NCBI GenBank assembly: GCA_963782055.1 | Contig: CAWAIF010000002.1 | Location: 64,001-128,000, forward strand | Length of the DNA: 64,000 bases | From: an uncultured delta proteobacterium | GTDB taxonomy: Bacteria > Myxococcota_A > Polyangia > Polyangiales > Polyangiaceae | Reading direction: 5' to 3' | Part shown: piece after piece, positions 33,331 to 43,400 of the stretch | Position numbering within the stretch: position 1 is the stretch's first letter | Layout of the letters: each line of letters begins with the position of its first letter | The notes under the pieces: model-generated | Told to the model about the DNA's origin: nothing | Databases searched by the model: none | What the model saw: the letters and a program-made list of their open reading frames with translations, nothing else | Made by a program: the position numbers and the translations under genes

Positions 33331-34304
33331 CCGCGCCCTCCCTCGCATCCTCCCCCGCGCGCCCGGCGGGCGCGTACCGGACCCACCTCGCGCTGGCGGT
33401 GGTGCAGATCGCCTTCGCGTCGCAGGCCGTGGAGGGCAAGATCGTGATGTCGCCGAGCGCGCTCGGCGGCGAGGCGGTGGCGCCGGTCGCGCTGGCGATG
33501 ACGCGGATGGCGGGCGCCGCGCTCTTCTTCCTCGTGGTCACGCGCGTGGCGCGTCCCGGTCGCGCGGCGAGCTGGCGGACGCGTACCCCGACGACGGCGC
33601 GCGATCACCTGGCGCTCGCCGGGCTGAGCGTGCTGGGCATCGTGCTCAACCAGACGCTCTTCTTGCTGGGGCTGCGGCTCACCACGCCGGTCTCCGCGGC
33701 GCTGCTCTCGGTCACCATCCCGGTCTTCACCGCGGCGCTCGCGGTGCTCTCGCGCGTGGAGCGGCCGAGCGCGCGGCTGGGCGTCGGTCTGGTGCTCGCG
33801 CTCTTTGGGGTGCTCTGGCTCGTCGGCGTGCGGTCCGTCGATCGCGGCGCGCTGCTCGTGAGCATCAACGCCGTCTGCTACTCGACGTACATCGTCTCGG
33901 CGCGCTCGGTGATCCGGCGGCTGGGCGCGCTCACTGTCGTCACGTGGATCTTCGTGTGGGGGGCGCTCCTGTTCGCGCCCGTCGGGGCGCCGGCGCTCGT
34001 GCGCGACGTGGTCCACTGGTCGCCGCGCGCGTGGGCGTTCGTGGCGTACATCCTGCTGATGCCGACGATCGTCGCTTACTCGTGCAACGCGTGGGCGCTC
34101 GGGCGATCGTCCCCCACGCTGGTGACCATCTACATCTACGCGCAGCCGGTGCTCGCCGCGCTGCTCGCGTGGGTGCAGCTCGGGCAGCCGCTCTCGGCGC
34201 GCCTCGCCTTCGCCGCGGCGCTCATCCTGGCCGGGGTGGGCGTGGTGGCGACGCGGCCCGCTAGGGCTTCGTCGCCTTCGCCTCGAACGTCGCCTCGCGG
34301 ATGA
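33327..34304 (+). CDS. DMT/EamA family transporter
   Basis: About 10 TM helices, two EamA repeats (NQTLFLLGLRLTT..AALL...PVFT; YIYAQPVLAALLA); GTGA overlap. Confidence 0.88.
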   Translation: MTAPSLASSPARPAGAYRTHLALAVVQIAFASQAVEGKIVMSPSALGGEAVAPVALAMTRMAGAALFFLVVTRVARPGRAASWRTRTPTTARDHLALAGLSVLGIVLNQTLFLLGLRLTTPVSAALLSVTIPVFTAALAVLSRVERPSARLGVGLVLALFGVLWLVGVRSVDRGALLVSINAVCYSTYIVSARSVIRRLGALTVVTWIFVWGALLFAPVGAPALVRDVVHWSPRAWAFVAYILLMPTIVAYSCNAWALGRSSPTLVTIYIYAQPVLAALLAWVQLGQPLSARLAFAAALILAGVGVVATRPARASSPSPRTSPRG

Positions 34305-34779
34305 TCTGCGCCTGGTACGCCGAGAGGTGCATGGTGCCCTGCACGGTGCCGGCGTCGTCCAGCGTGCCCACGCCGGTGCCGGTGACGCCCTTGTCCTCCG
34401 GGTCCTTGCGGATCACGCTGAAGGTGACGTCGGGGCCGCGGACGATCCCGCGCAGCAGGACGGGGCCGAGCGGGCCCTCCCCCTCGCCGGAGAGGGTTCC
34501 GGCGTCGGGCCCCACGGTGAAGTGGAGCTTGCCCGCGCCGAGCGCATCGCCCGCGTCGTCGCCGCGGAACTTCACGCCGGACCACGCCGAGCCGTCGGGG
34601 ACGTAGAAGGTGGCGTGCTTGGACGTGTAGGTGCCGGCGTAGGTCTTCGGCCCGGGCGGGGGCTCGGGCGCGGCGGACGCCGACGCCGACGCCGCGGGCG
34701 CGGGGGGCGGCGTCTTCTTGTCGCACCCGAGGGCGAGCGCGAGGAGCGCGGCGAGGACGAGCGGCGCGCGCGAGGTCAC
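34261..34779 (-). CDS. Hypothetical lipoprotein
   Basis: Lipobox ALGC, Pro/Ala/Ser linker, beta-rich domain; translationally coupled to the upstream sctQ-like gene. Confidence 0.75.
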   Translation of the reverse strand: MTSRAPLVLAALLALALGCDKKTPPPAPAASASASAAPEPPPGPKTYAGTYTSKHATFYVPDGSAWSGVKFRGDDAGDALGAGKLHFTVGPDAGTLSGEGEGPLGPVLLRGIVRGPDVTFSVIRKDPEDKGVTGTGVGTLDDAGTVQGTMHLSAYQAQIIREATFEAKATKP

Positions 34780-35906
34780 GAGCTCGCCCCGGCGCGGGAG
34801 ACGACGCGGACCGCCACCTCGCCCTCCACGTCCACCAGCTCACCCCGCGCGACCTCCACGCCGCCGACGCGCAGCACCACCGGCTCGCCGATGCGGCGCC
34901 CCAGCGCGATCACGTCGCCCGGCGCCATCGCCGCCCACTCGCGCGCGGACAGCTGCGCGGTGCCAATCTCGACGCGCACGAGCACCGGCACCTCGCCCAC
35001 TGCATCGAGAAGCGCGTCCTTGTCGGTCATCGCCCGGTCCTCCTCCTCGCCCTCGAGCTCCGCGAGCGGCTCGGTGCCGTCCCCTAGCACGAGTCGGCCG
35101 TCCTCGCCGAGCCGCGCGCGCAGGCCGCGGTCGGATGTGGGCGCCGCGAGCAGGACGTCACCGGTCCAGCCCGCCTCGCCGCGCGCGACCCCGCCGCCGA
35201 TGACCAGGGCGTCGCCGGGGGCCAGCGCGGCGAGCTCCGCCGCCGGAAGGGAGGTCACGGCCCCGACCACAGTCAGCCCGAGCGGGAGCTCGCCGAGCGC
35301 CTCGAGCGTCGCGGCGTCGAAGTCCGGCGGCGGCGACTCGCGGAGCGCCTCGCGCGGGACCACGGCGTGCGCGAGGTAGGCGTCGTGGTCCACGACGACG
35401 GTGAACGTCGCGCACGCCGGCGCGGGATCCAGCACGAGCACGTCGGCGAGCAGCCGCGCGCCGGCGCTCGCCGCGAGCACGGTCAGCGGGGCCTCGGCGC
35501 CGCGGCGCGCCGCGGCCACCAGCACCGCGGCGGCGGCCCCGGCGAGGGCGGGGGCGTGCTCCCTCGACGCGTCCACCACCCGCGGGGAGCTCCGCTTGAG
35601 CGCGCGGGCGACGAGCGCGGCGGCGAGCGCGCCCTCCATCACCACCAGCATGCCCTGCCGAGCCTCCGGCCGCTCCGCCGGGGCGAGCATCGCCCCCACG
35701 GCGTCGGCGTCCAGTCGCGGGGGGCCGGCGGTGACGCCACGGAGGCGCACCTGCACCTCCGCGCCGAGCAGGTCGGCGAGCGCCTGCCGCGCGGACGAAG
35801 GCCGCACGGCGCGTGCGGCGAGGCGGCGCAGAGCGGCGAGCACCGGGACATCGGTGCGCCGCAGCGAATCCAGGGAGGCCCAGGGGAAGGGAGAGGCTGG
35901 GCTCAT
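34776..35906 (-). CDS. SctQ/FliM-FliN (SpoA domain) type III secretion sorting-platform protein
   Basis: Two SPOA domains (LPLGLTVVG...ELAALAPGDAL; VPVLVRVEIG...APGDVIAL...VVLRVGGVEVARGELVDVEGEVAVRV); start ATG 35906. Confidence 0.8.
   Translation of the reverse strand: MSPASPFPWASLDSLRRTDVPVLAALRRLAARAVRPSSARQALADLLGAEVQVRLRGVTAGPPRLDADAVGAMLAPAERPEARQGMLVVMEGALAAALVARALKRSSPRVVDASREHAPALAGAAAAVLVAAARRGAEAPLTVLAASAGARLLADVLVLDPAPACATFTVVVDHDAYLAHAVVPREALRESPPPDFDAATLEALGELPLGLTVVGAVTSLPAAELAALAPGDALVIGGGVARGEAGWTGDVLLAAPTSDRGLRARLGEDGRLVLGDGTEPLAELEGEEEDRAMTDKDALLDAVGEVPVLVRVEIGTAQLSAREWAAMAPGDVIALGRRIGEPVVLRVGGVEVARGELVDVEGEVAVRVVSRAGASS
35028..35048 (-). promoter_or_regulatory. Internal RBS and ATG producing a short SctQ-C product (34776..35030, 84 aa)
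   Basis: Minus strand GAGGAGGAGGA-CCGGGCG-ATG directly before the SPOA2 domain (MTDKDALLDAVGEVPV). Confidence 0.7.
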
Positions 35907-36006
35907 ACGACCTTCCGGCGTGTCACCGCTCGACAGTAGATCATGGCGCTGCGCCCGGCGAGGGCGCGGTTGAGGCGCGGCTCCGGGGTCTGGTACGCTT
36001 CGGGCC

Positions 36007-36639
36007 ATGAGGCTGCGCCCCACCCTGGTCTTGCTCGCGGGCACCGCCGCCGCGGCGCTGCTCGTCTCCACGGCGTACGCGGCCAAGCCGAAGCCGAAGG
36101 CCAAGGCCGCCGCGCCCGCCGCGGCCGACAAGTACGACCCGGACAACCGCGCGCACATCAGCCACTTCATGGAGACGGTGGCGCAGGGCAACGCCAAGGT
36201 CGCCGCGCGAGACTTCCCCGGCGCGATCGAGCTGTACCGCAAGGCGATCCAGCTCGCGCCGAACGACCCGCTCGGTCACTACCTGCTGGGCGAGGCGCAG
36301 CTGGAGAACGGCAACATGACGGAGGCGGAGGCCTCCTGGCAGCACGCCGCCAACGCCGCCGGCAAGGACGACCCCCTCCACGCGAAGGTGCTCTTTTGCC
36401 TGGCCGATCTGCGCGAGCGCCAGAAGAAGTGGGACGACGCCAAGGCGGCGTGGCAGCAGTACGCCGACTTCGCCAAGTCGCACACCGACGCCGGGGCCTT
36501 CCCCGACTCGGCCACGCAGCGCATCGCCGCCATCGAGGCCATGCAGAAGCAGGACAAGGCGTACGAGGTGGTGCGCAAGCGCATCGCCGACGAGGAGAAG
36601 GCGGCGGCGAAGGGCGGCGCGAAGAAGGGGAAGAAGTAG
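36007..36639 (+). CDS. Exported tetratricopeptide repeat protein
   Basis: Signal peptide AYA-A; TPR repeats (GAIELYRKAIQLAPNDPLGHYLLGEA...). Confidence 0.85.
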   Translation: MRLRPTLVLLAGTAAAALLVSTAYAAKPKPKAKAAAPAAADKYDPDNRAHISHFMETVAQGNAKVAARDFPGAIELYRKAIQLAPNDPLGHYLLGEAQLENGNMTEAEASWQHAANAAGKDDPLHAKVLFCLADLRERQKKWDDAKAAWQQYADFAKSHTDAGAFPDSATQRIAAIEAMQKQDKAYEVVRKRIADEEKAAAKGGAKKGKK

Positions 36640-36640
36640 G

Positions 36641-39600
36641 TCAGCGGCCGAGGACGATCTCTCGTTCGAGGGCGGCGTCGGCTTGCTGGACGAACTTCTG
36701 GAAGGCGGCGTACTCGGCGCCGGGCTGGACACGCCCGGCGGGCAGGTCGATGACCCGGTCCAGGTGCAGCTCGTGGCCGCGCACCGCGTCCTTCACGGTG
36801 ACCACCCGCTCGCCGTTGTGCAGGTCGAGCGGCGGCAGGCTCGCCGGCATGCGCAGCGAGGCCGGCGCGACCACGTCGAAATGCGTCTCCACGTGCGAGG
36901 CCGCGCCGAGCAGCAAGGGCGTCTGCCGCGTCGGCAGGGTGGCGAGCTGCGCCAGGTGCACGCCGAAGAGCGGCTTGAGCACGACGTCCTTGCCAGTGAC
37001 CCTCGCGATGGACGGCACGTCGGCGGTGACGTGCACGACGACAGGCTCGTCCAGATCCGCCTTGTGCTCGATCTTCAGCGTGCGCACACGCGCGCCGGGG
37101 AGCGTGCCGGCGAGCAGCCGTGACTCCACGAAGGTGTGGAGCTGGCTTCCGGGCACCTTGTCCAGCACGTTGCGCATGCGGATGCCCAGCTTGCCGCTGT
37201 AGCTCTCCGAGAGGTCCACCTTCGCCGAGCCGTCCGCGGCGAGGTCGGCGCGGCCGGAGAAGGCGACGCCGTCCTGGATGCCCGCGGCGGGCGTGGTGTC
37301 ACGCGGCGTGCCTTTGATGAGGCGGATCGCCGGCTGGCCGCGCACATCCGCGGGGAGGTAGCCGAACGGCGCGAACTTGTCCGACACGGTGAGCCAGCGC
37401 GTGCCCTGCTTGCCGAGGTCCAGCCGCAGGACGAGGCTGTCGTAGTCCTCCACCTCGCTCATCTTGCCGATGGGCGGCAGCGCGAGGCGGTTCTTCACCA
37501 GCGCCAGCTCCACCGGGATGCCGAGCTCGCGCATCAGGTAGTGGAAGGCGGCCTGTCGCGAGCCGGACTTGCCGAAGATGACGCGCCGGCCGTCCTTCTC
37601 GTTGCCGTCCTGGATGTTGTCGAGCACGGCGCGGTAGACACGCTTCGCGCGGGTGGCCAGGTCCTTCGCGGGCACGCCGGCGACGAGCTTCTGCGCGTAA
37701 GCGGCGAGGCGCGGGTCGAGGGGCGTCTCGTCGCTGACCAGGTCCGCGAGGCGGAGCAGGGTATCGTCCAGGGAGATGCCCCAGCCGATGCGCACGCTGG
37801 GCAGGTACTCCTGCGCCGGCACCGAGTCGGGCTCCTCCGGCAGGGGCGGGCTCTCGTCGACGCGCCACCGGCGCTCCACGAAGGTGCCGCGCTCGCGCAT
37901 CTTCGGGGCGCCGACGCCGCCTCGCGTCTCCACCTCCAGGTGCTTGTCCTTCGGGCTGATCACCACGAACTCGCTGCGCCAGTAGCCCTTGTCCTGCTCG
38001 CGGAAGAGCCACATCGGCCCGCGGTAGCGCTTGCCGTGATCGCCCGTCGCCTGCGTGGAGGAGACGTGCTCGATCTCCAGGTAGTCACCCACCTCCAGGT
38101 TGGGCATGGTGAGCGTCGGCTTGCCCGCGACCGGCTCCGGCTCCAGCGTCGTGCCGTCCGGCTTGATGACGCGCAGCCGGAGCACCAGGCCGCTCGGCGG
38201 CTGCTGCTCCGACTCCGCGCCCACCGCCTCCTGCGACTGGATCTTGAGGATCTCGTGCTCGAGCATCTGACTGGAGCCGTCGGGGTGGATCCAGAGCGCG
38301 GAGTAGTCGAGCACGCGCGCGCTGACGCCCGCCATCTTCTTGCCCTTCTTCTCCCAGGCCTCGAACTCGCGGATGACCTTCTTGCCGTCGATGCGGTACG
38401 GCTCCAGGTCGGTCGTGCCCTCCAGCAGGTCGATGGCGTCGCGCAGATCGTCGCCGCTCGCGCCCACCTGGAGCGACTCGGCCAGGGCGCGGCGCAGCGC
38501 GTTGTCGTCGCCCGCGGCGTAGGCGCGATCGGCGAGGCGGAAGCGCGACGTCGCGTCCTTGGGGTTCTTCTTCAGCGCCTTGCGCAGCTCGGCGGCGGCC
38601 GCGCTCGGGTCGCCCGCCTTCTGCAGCACGTCGGCGATGCGGCTCGCCATCTCCTTGCGGTCCGGCCTCCGTGCCTGGATGCGCTTCAGCTCGGCGATGG
38701 CGGCCTTCCAGTCCTCCCGCGCGAGGGCGCGATCGAGCGTCACCTCCGAGTCGGCGTCCAGCGACTGCACGCGCTTGGCGACGGCGTCGGCCTCCTTCGC
38801 CGATCCGTCGGCGTCCAGGGCGTCCAGGAAGGCGCGCTGGGCGCGCACGTCGTCGGGGAAGCGCTTCACCAGATCGCGCAGCGCCGTCATGCGCTCGGCA
38901 CGCCAGCCCAGCTTGCCGTACACGCGCGCCAGCTCCTCCAGGAGCTCCGGCTCGGAGCGGAAGGAGTCGGCCAGCTTCCGCAGCGGCTCCACCGCGTCGA
39001 CCATGCCCTTCTGCTCCGAGTCGTCGAGCACCAGCCAGACGCGCGCGTACCAGAGCCTGGGGTCCTTGGCGGCGGAGCGGAGCATGCGCTCGCGCTCCCG
39101 CCGGTGGCGTGCGTCCTGCGGGTAGGCGGGATCGCTCGAGGCGTAGGAGGCGGCGGCCTCCAGCGTGGTGCCTGCGGCGTCCTTCGGCTCGGCGTACGGC
39201 TCGATGAGGACCGAGGCGACATCGTCCAGCCCCTCGACGTGGGCGAGGAAGGCGGCGACGTACGCCTCGGCGGGGCCGCTGGCCTTCTGCGCGCGCACCA
39301 TCGGGTCGAGCGCGTTGGGGTCGGGCAGCAGCTTCGGCGGGACGAGGCGGTAGGCCGAGCGCGGGTCGGTCACCGAGGTCACCGGCGCCGGGCGGCCGTC
39401 CAGGTCCAGCACGCGGATGGCCGAGCGGTCCTCCAGCGTGCGCGCGAGGATGCGGTGCCTGCCCGCGCCGAGGTGAACCGAGACGCCGAAGCGCTGCCAC
39501 ACGCCCCAGTCGCGCAGGTCGCGCGAGAGGACCTGCGTGTCGTCGACCCACACGGCCAGGCCGCCTTGCACCGCGAGGATGACGTCGCGGTCAGCGCTCA

Positions 39601-40405
39601 GGTCGAAGTAGCCCTGGATGTAGAAGACGCCGGGGGCCGTCTCCTCGGTGCCGGCGACGAGGCACCCTGTCTGCTTCGCCTTGACGACGTGCGGCGGTGC
39701 GGTGCGCGAGGGATCCGGCGGCCACGACGTGGGCCACGGCCCCGGCTGCTCGGCCGGGAAGCTGCGGCGCCTGTCCGGCGCGGTGCCGCGGCCGAAGGGG
39801 CCGGCGATCTGCAGTCCGGTGAGGCACCCGCTCGTGCGCACGACGAAGGCGTCGTACGCCTTGCCCTTGTACTCCGCGGTCCGGTACGCCTCCGACTCCA
39901 CCCAGTCGGAGAGCTCGGCGACGGCGCGCCAGCCGAGCGAGCCCGGCTGCTCCAGGAGCGACTTCACCGCGGCGCGGTGCCGGGCGTAGAGGCCGGCGAC
40001 CGAGCCGCGCAGCCCGCGCACGCGGTTGGCGGCGAGCCAGGCGTAGATGGAGGTGTCCCTCTCGGCGCTCTTGCGCGCGGCGACGAGCACCGCCATGTAC
40101 GCGTCGGCGGCGTTGGCGGGCAGGCCGTGCTCCTCCGACCAGAGGGCGCGCGCGAAGCTGGCGACCATCCCGGTGGCGTGGATCGCGTCCAGCCGGTGCA
40201 GCGCGGCGACCGCCTGCGTGGCGTCGCCGCCGGGGGCCACCTGTTCGGCCAGCGCCCAGCGGCCGACCTCCTCGCCGTCATCGGAGCTCTTGCCGGCGTC
40301 GCGCAGCGCGGTGACCGGCGTGTTCGGCGCGAGGCCCTGCGCCGCGCCGCCGCACGCGGCGACAGCGACCGCCACGGCCAGGAGGAGGAGGAAGCGGCGG
40401 ATCAC
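36641..40405 (-). CDS. Large TPR lipoprotein with DUF3857-like and degenerate transglutaminase-like domains
   Basis: GTG start overlapping the upstream stop; MIRRFLLLLAVAVAVAAC lipobox; RVIKPDG, LEVGDYLE; architecture parallels the upstream paralog but lacks the Cys/His catalytic motifs. Confidence 0.8.
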   Translation of the reverse strand: MIRRFLLLLAVAVAVAACGGAAQGLAPNTPVTALRDAGKSSDDGEEVGRWALAEQVAPGGDATQAVAALHRLDAIHATGMVASFARALWSEEHGLPANAADAYMAVLVAARKSAERDTSIYAWLAANRVRGLRGSVAGLYARHRAAVKSLLEQPGSLGWRAVAELSDWVESEAYRTAEYKGKAYDAFVVRTSGCLTGLQIAGPFGRGTAPDRRRSFPAEQPGPWPTSWPPDPSRTAPPHVVKAKQTGCLVAGTEETAPGVFYIQGYFDLSADRDVILAVQGGLAVWVDDTQVLSRDLRDWGVWQRFGVSVHLGAGRHRILARTLEDRSAIRVLDLDGRPAPVTSVTDPRSAYRLVPPKLLPDPNALDPMVRAQKASGPAEAYVAAFLAHVEGLDDVASVLIEPYAEPKDAAGTTLEAAASYASSDPAYPQDARHRRERERMLRSAAKDPRLWYARVWLVLDDSEQKGMVDAVEPLRKLADSFRSEPELLEELARVYGKLGWRAERMTALRDLVKRFPDDVRAQRAFLDALDADGSAKEADAVAKRVQSLDADSEVTLDRALAREDWKAAIAELKRIQARRPDRKEMASRIADVLQKAGDPSAAAAELRKALKKNPKDATSRFRLADRAYAAGDDNALRRALAESLQVGASGDDLRDAIDLLEGTTDLEPYRIDGKKVIREFEAWEKKGKKMAGVSARVLDYSALWIHPDGSSQMLEHEILKIQSQEAVGAESEQQPPSGLVLRLRVIKPDGTTLEPEPVAGKPTLTMPNLEVGDYLEIEHVSSTQATGDHGKRYRGPMWLFREQDKGYWRSEFVVISPKDKHLEVETRGGVGAPKMRERGTFVERRWRVDESPPLPEEPDSVPAQEYLPSVRIGWGISLDDTLLRLADLVSDETPLDPRLAAYAQKLVAGVPAKDLATRAKRVYRAVLDNIQDGNEKDGRRVIFGKSGSRQAAFHYLMRELGIPVELALVKNRLALPPIGKMSEVEDYDSLVLRLDLGKQGTRWLTVSDKFAPFGYLPADVRGQPAIRLIKGTPRDTTPAAGIQDGVAFSGRADLAADGSAKVDLSESYSGKLGIRMRNVLDKVPGSQLHTFVESRLLAGTLPGARVRTLKIEHKADLDEPVVVHVTADVPSIARVTGKDVVLKPLFGVHLAQLATLPTRQTPLLLGAASHVETHFDVVAPASLRMPASLPPLDLHNGERVVTVKDAVRGHELHLDRVIDLPAGRVQPGAEYAAFQKFVQQADAALEREIVLGR

Positions 40406-43400
40406 TTCGCGCCCCCGACGAGGAGACGCTGGCCGAGTCCCTTGTCCACCTGCTCGCACCACGCGCGGAAGGCGGGGTACTCGGCGACCGGGATGCGCAT
40501 CTTGGAGAAGACGACGGTGGTGTGGACGTGCACGCCCCCGGGCACCGTCTCCACGGTGACATGGTGCGAGCCGAAGGGGCTGGTGGAGCTGGAGGGCGAG
40601 GGCGAGGAGAGCACCTTGGCGCCGGGCGGCAGCTTCACCACGTAGTCGGTCTCGCTGGTGGTCCTGGCGTGGAAGCGCAGGTCCAGCTTGCGCGTGGAGA
40701 GCGAGGCGAAGTCGCGCACCATGTGCTCGCTCGGTCCGACCGGGACGCTGAGCGACGTGCCGTCCTTGCGGGCGAAGGCGGCGACCTTGCCGCGCACCTT
40801 CAGCGAGGGCGGCGTCTCGACGTCCTCCAGATCGTTCGCCTGGACGGACTGGACGGCCAGCCCGGAGAGATCGGAGCCGAGATCCTCCTGCACGCGATCC
40901 TTGCGGGTCGCGTCGGCGTGGTAGCGGACGCGCCACGACGCGGCGGCGGCGCCGGTGACGGAGCCGCTCCAGTCCAGCTGCGCCGAGCCGTCGGGCGCCA
41001 GCGTGGCGACGATGGAGCGCGAGACCACGCTCGCGCTCGCCGGCGGCTGCGGGAGGTGCACCAGCTTGGGCTTGCCCTGGTTGACCTGCAGCGCGAGCGC
41101 GCCGCGGTCCATCGCGGGCAGCTCGGTGGAGCCGGTGTACTCGGCGGTGCCGTCCAGGTACATGTCCAGCGAGGGAACGTACGCGATGGCGTGGTCGAAG
41201 GGCGCGAGGCTCGCCGGGTAGTCCTCGAAGTCCCCGCGCAGCCCGGTGCGGACGATGACGATGGTGGCGGGGATGCCCGCCTCCTGCAGCATGGTGACGA
41301 TGAGCGTCGCCTTGTCTTTGCAGTCGCCGTAGCCCCGCGCGAAGATCTGCGCGCACCGGTACGGCTTGAAGCCGTGGATGCCGAACTCCAGCGCCACGTA
41401 GCGCGTCTTCTGGACGACGTAGTCGTAGATGGCTCGCACCTTCTCGATGTCCGTCTTCTTGCCCTTGGTCACCATCGCCACGCGGCGGCGGACCTCGTCG
41501 TCGGCGGTGAACTGGTCCTTGACCAGGCCCCAGTACCACGCGCCCATCTCGTCCCAGCTCTTGTACGTGGAGACGTGCACGTGGCCGAGCAGCTCGGTGT
41601 AAGGCGGCTGGTTCGGCTCCGGCTCGATGGGCGGCACGTTCTCCGCGACGAAGCGGTAGACGCGGGTGTCGCCCTTGTCCTGCACGGTCTTGTGGAGGCC
41701 GGGCACCTTCGGCTGGTTGAAGTAGAAGGTGCGCGTCTTGGGCGTGAGCAGCACGTACTCCGCGTGGTGCAGCGGCTCGTCCGACTGCAGGTACCCCACG
41801 TCTCCGAAGTAGTCGGCGAAGGCGTTGCGCTGCGCCACGTCCTCCACGCGGTAGTCCAGCTCCACCACGTCCCCCGCCGAGAGCCGCGGGAACTGGACGC
41901 GGTACGTCGCCGAGCTGGTGTACGTGGCGATGGACGGGTCGTCCGCGCCGCCGACGGAGGAGTCGAAGGTGTCGTCCACCTCGCCGCTCTTCCGGTAGAC
42001 GTGCACCCCGCGGAGCTGCACCGCCTGCGAGTCGGTCTCGTAGGCGAAGGCGTACACGCGGGACGACTGCGCAGCGCGGTCGGTGAGCGGCTGGAACACC
42101 ACCTGGTGGAACTTGCTCGACAGCCCGTTGGGGAAGACCGTCGTCACGGTGAGGTCGACGAGGGTGCGGCGATCCCGGCCGGCCGCCGGCGCGCCTCGCC
42201 ACGCGAGGAAGGTCTTGGAGGGCAGGGCATAGGCCTCGTCCGGACGCGGCTTGCTCGGCTCCAGGTGGGCGAGGTGCTCGCGCACGTCCTTGTCCTGCGG
42301 GCGCAGCGCCAGCACCTTCTTGAGCAGCGCCACCTGCTCGCCCTGCTCGCCGCCCAGCGCGTACAGATCGGCCAGGCCCGTCATGGTGTCGACATCCTCC
42401 GGGGCGTGCTGCAGCGCCAGCTTGTAGAGCGCGACGGCGCGCGCGCGGTTGCCGAGGGTCACGTAGGCCTGCGCCGCGCTGACCAGCTTGTCGGTCCCGT
42501 CGGGGTCGGTCGCCACCAGCCTGTCGATCCAGCGCTGGGCGGCCTGCGTGTCCCGCCGCGCGACCGCGAGATCGATGCGCCCCTGGAGGAAGGTGGAGTC
42601 GTCGAAGCGGAGCTGCGCGTAGCGGTCCTCCATCTCGTCCGCCTCGGTGGTGCGGTCCTCCTGGCGCAGGGAGTCCACCATCGCCCGCACGAGCGCCACG
42701 CTGCGAGGGCGCCGCGCGAGCGCGTGCCGCAGGAAGGTGAGGGCGGTGGCGCGCAGGTTGGCCTCGCCATAGAGCTCCACGCGGGCGAGCACCGCGGCGA
42801 CGTTGTCCGGGTCGATCGCCAGCACGCGGTCGTAGTACGGGACGGCGTCGCGCCAGTTGGTGCCGGAGCGCTCGTGCGCGGCCCGCGCAAGGAGGGTGTG
42901 GATGCGGTCCTCGCTGGACACGCCGCCCTTCTTCACCAGCGCCTCCGCCTTGGCGATCCACTCGGCGCTCTGGTTGCGGCCCTCGACGAGCTGCGCGGCG
43001 AGCAGCAGCCTGCGCACCGTGGGGGCCTTGGTGGCCGCGCGCGTGGCGAGGTCCCGGGCGAGGTGATCCGACTCGTCGTCCGACTGGGTGAGCACCAGGT
43101 ACTCCGCGTCCGCCTCCAGGGTGGCGGGCGAGCCGCCGTACGCTTCGGCGCCCGTCGCGTCCTTCTTCCCCGTCCCCGCGCCGCGCGCAGCCTTCTCCAG
43201 CGCGGCCAGGGGGCCGAGCACGCCTCCCGCGGGGAGCGGGGCCTTGCTCGCCCACGTCGCCTGCGCGTCGGCGAAGTGCGCCGCCTCCACGTCCGCCTCG
43301 ACGCTCGGGTCCGGCGAGCCGTCGGCGGCGCCCACGCGCAGCGCGAAGACGGGCGCGGACCCGCTGCCGCACACCTTGACCAGGATACGGTTGTATCCTG

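Noticed and set aside
32782..35906. A complete T2SS or T3SS cluster
   Set aside because: Only a GspC-like PDZ lipoprotein and an SctQ-like gene are present; no secretin, ATPase or export-gate genes are in the window.
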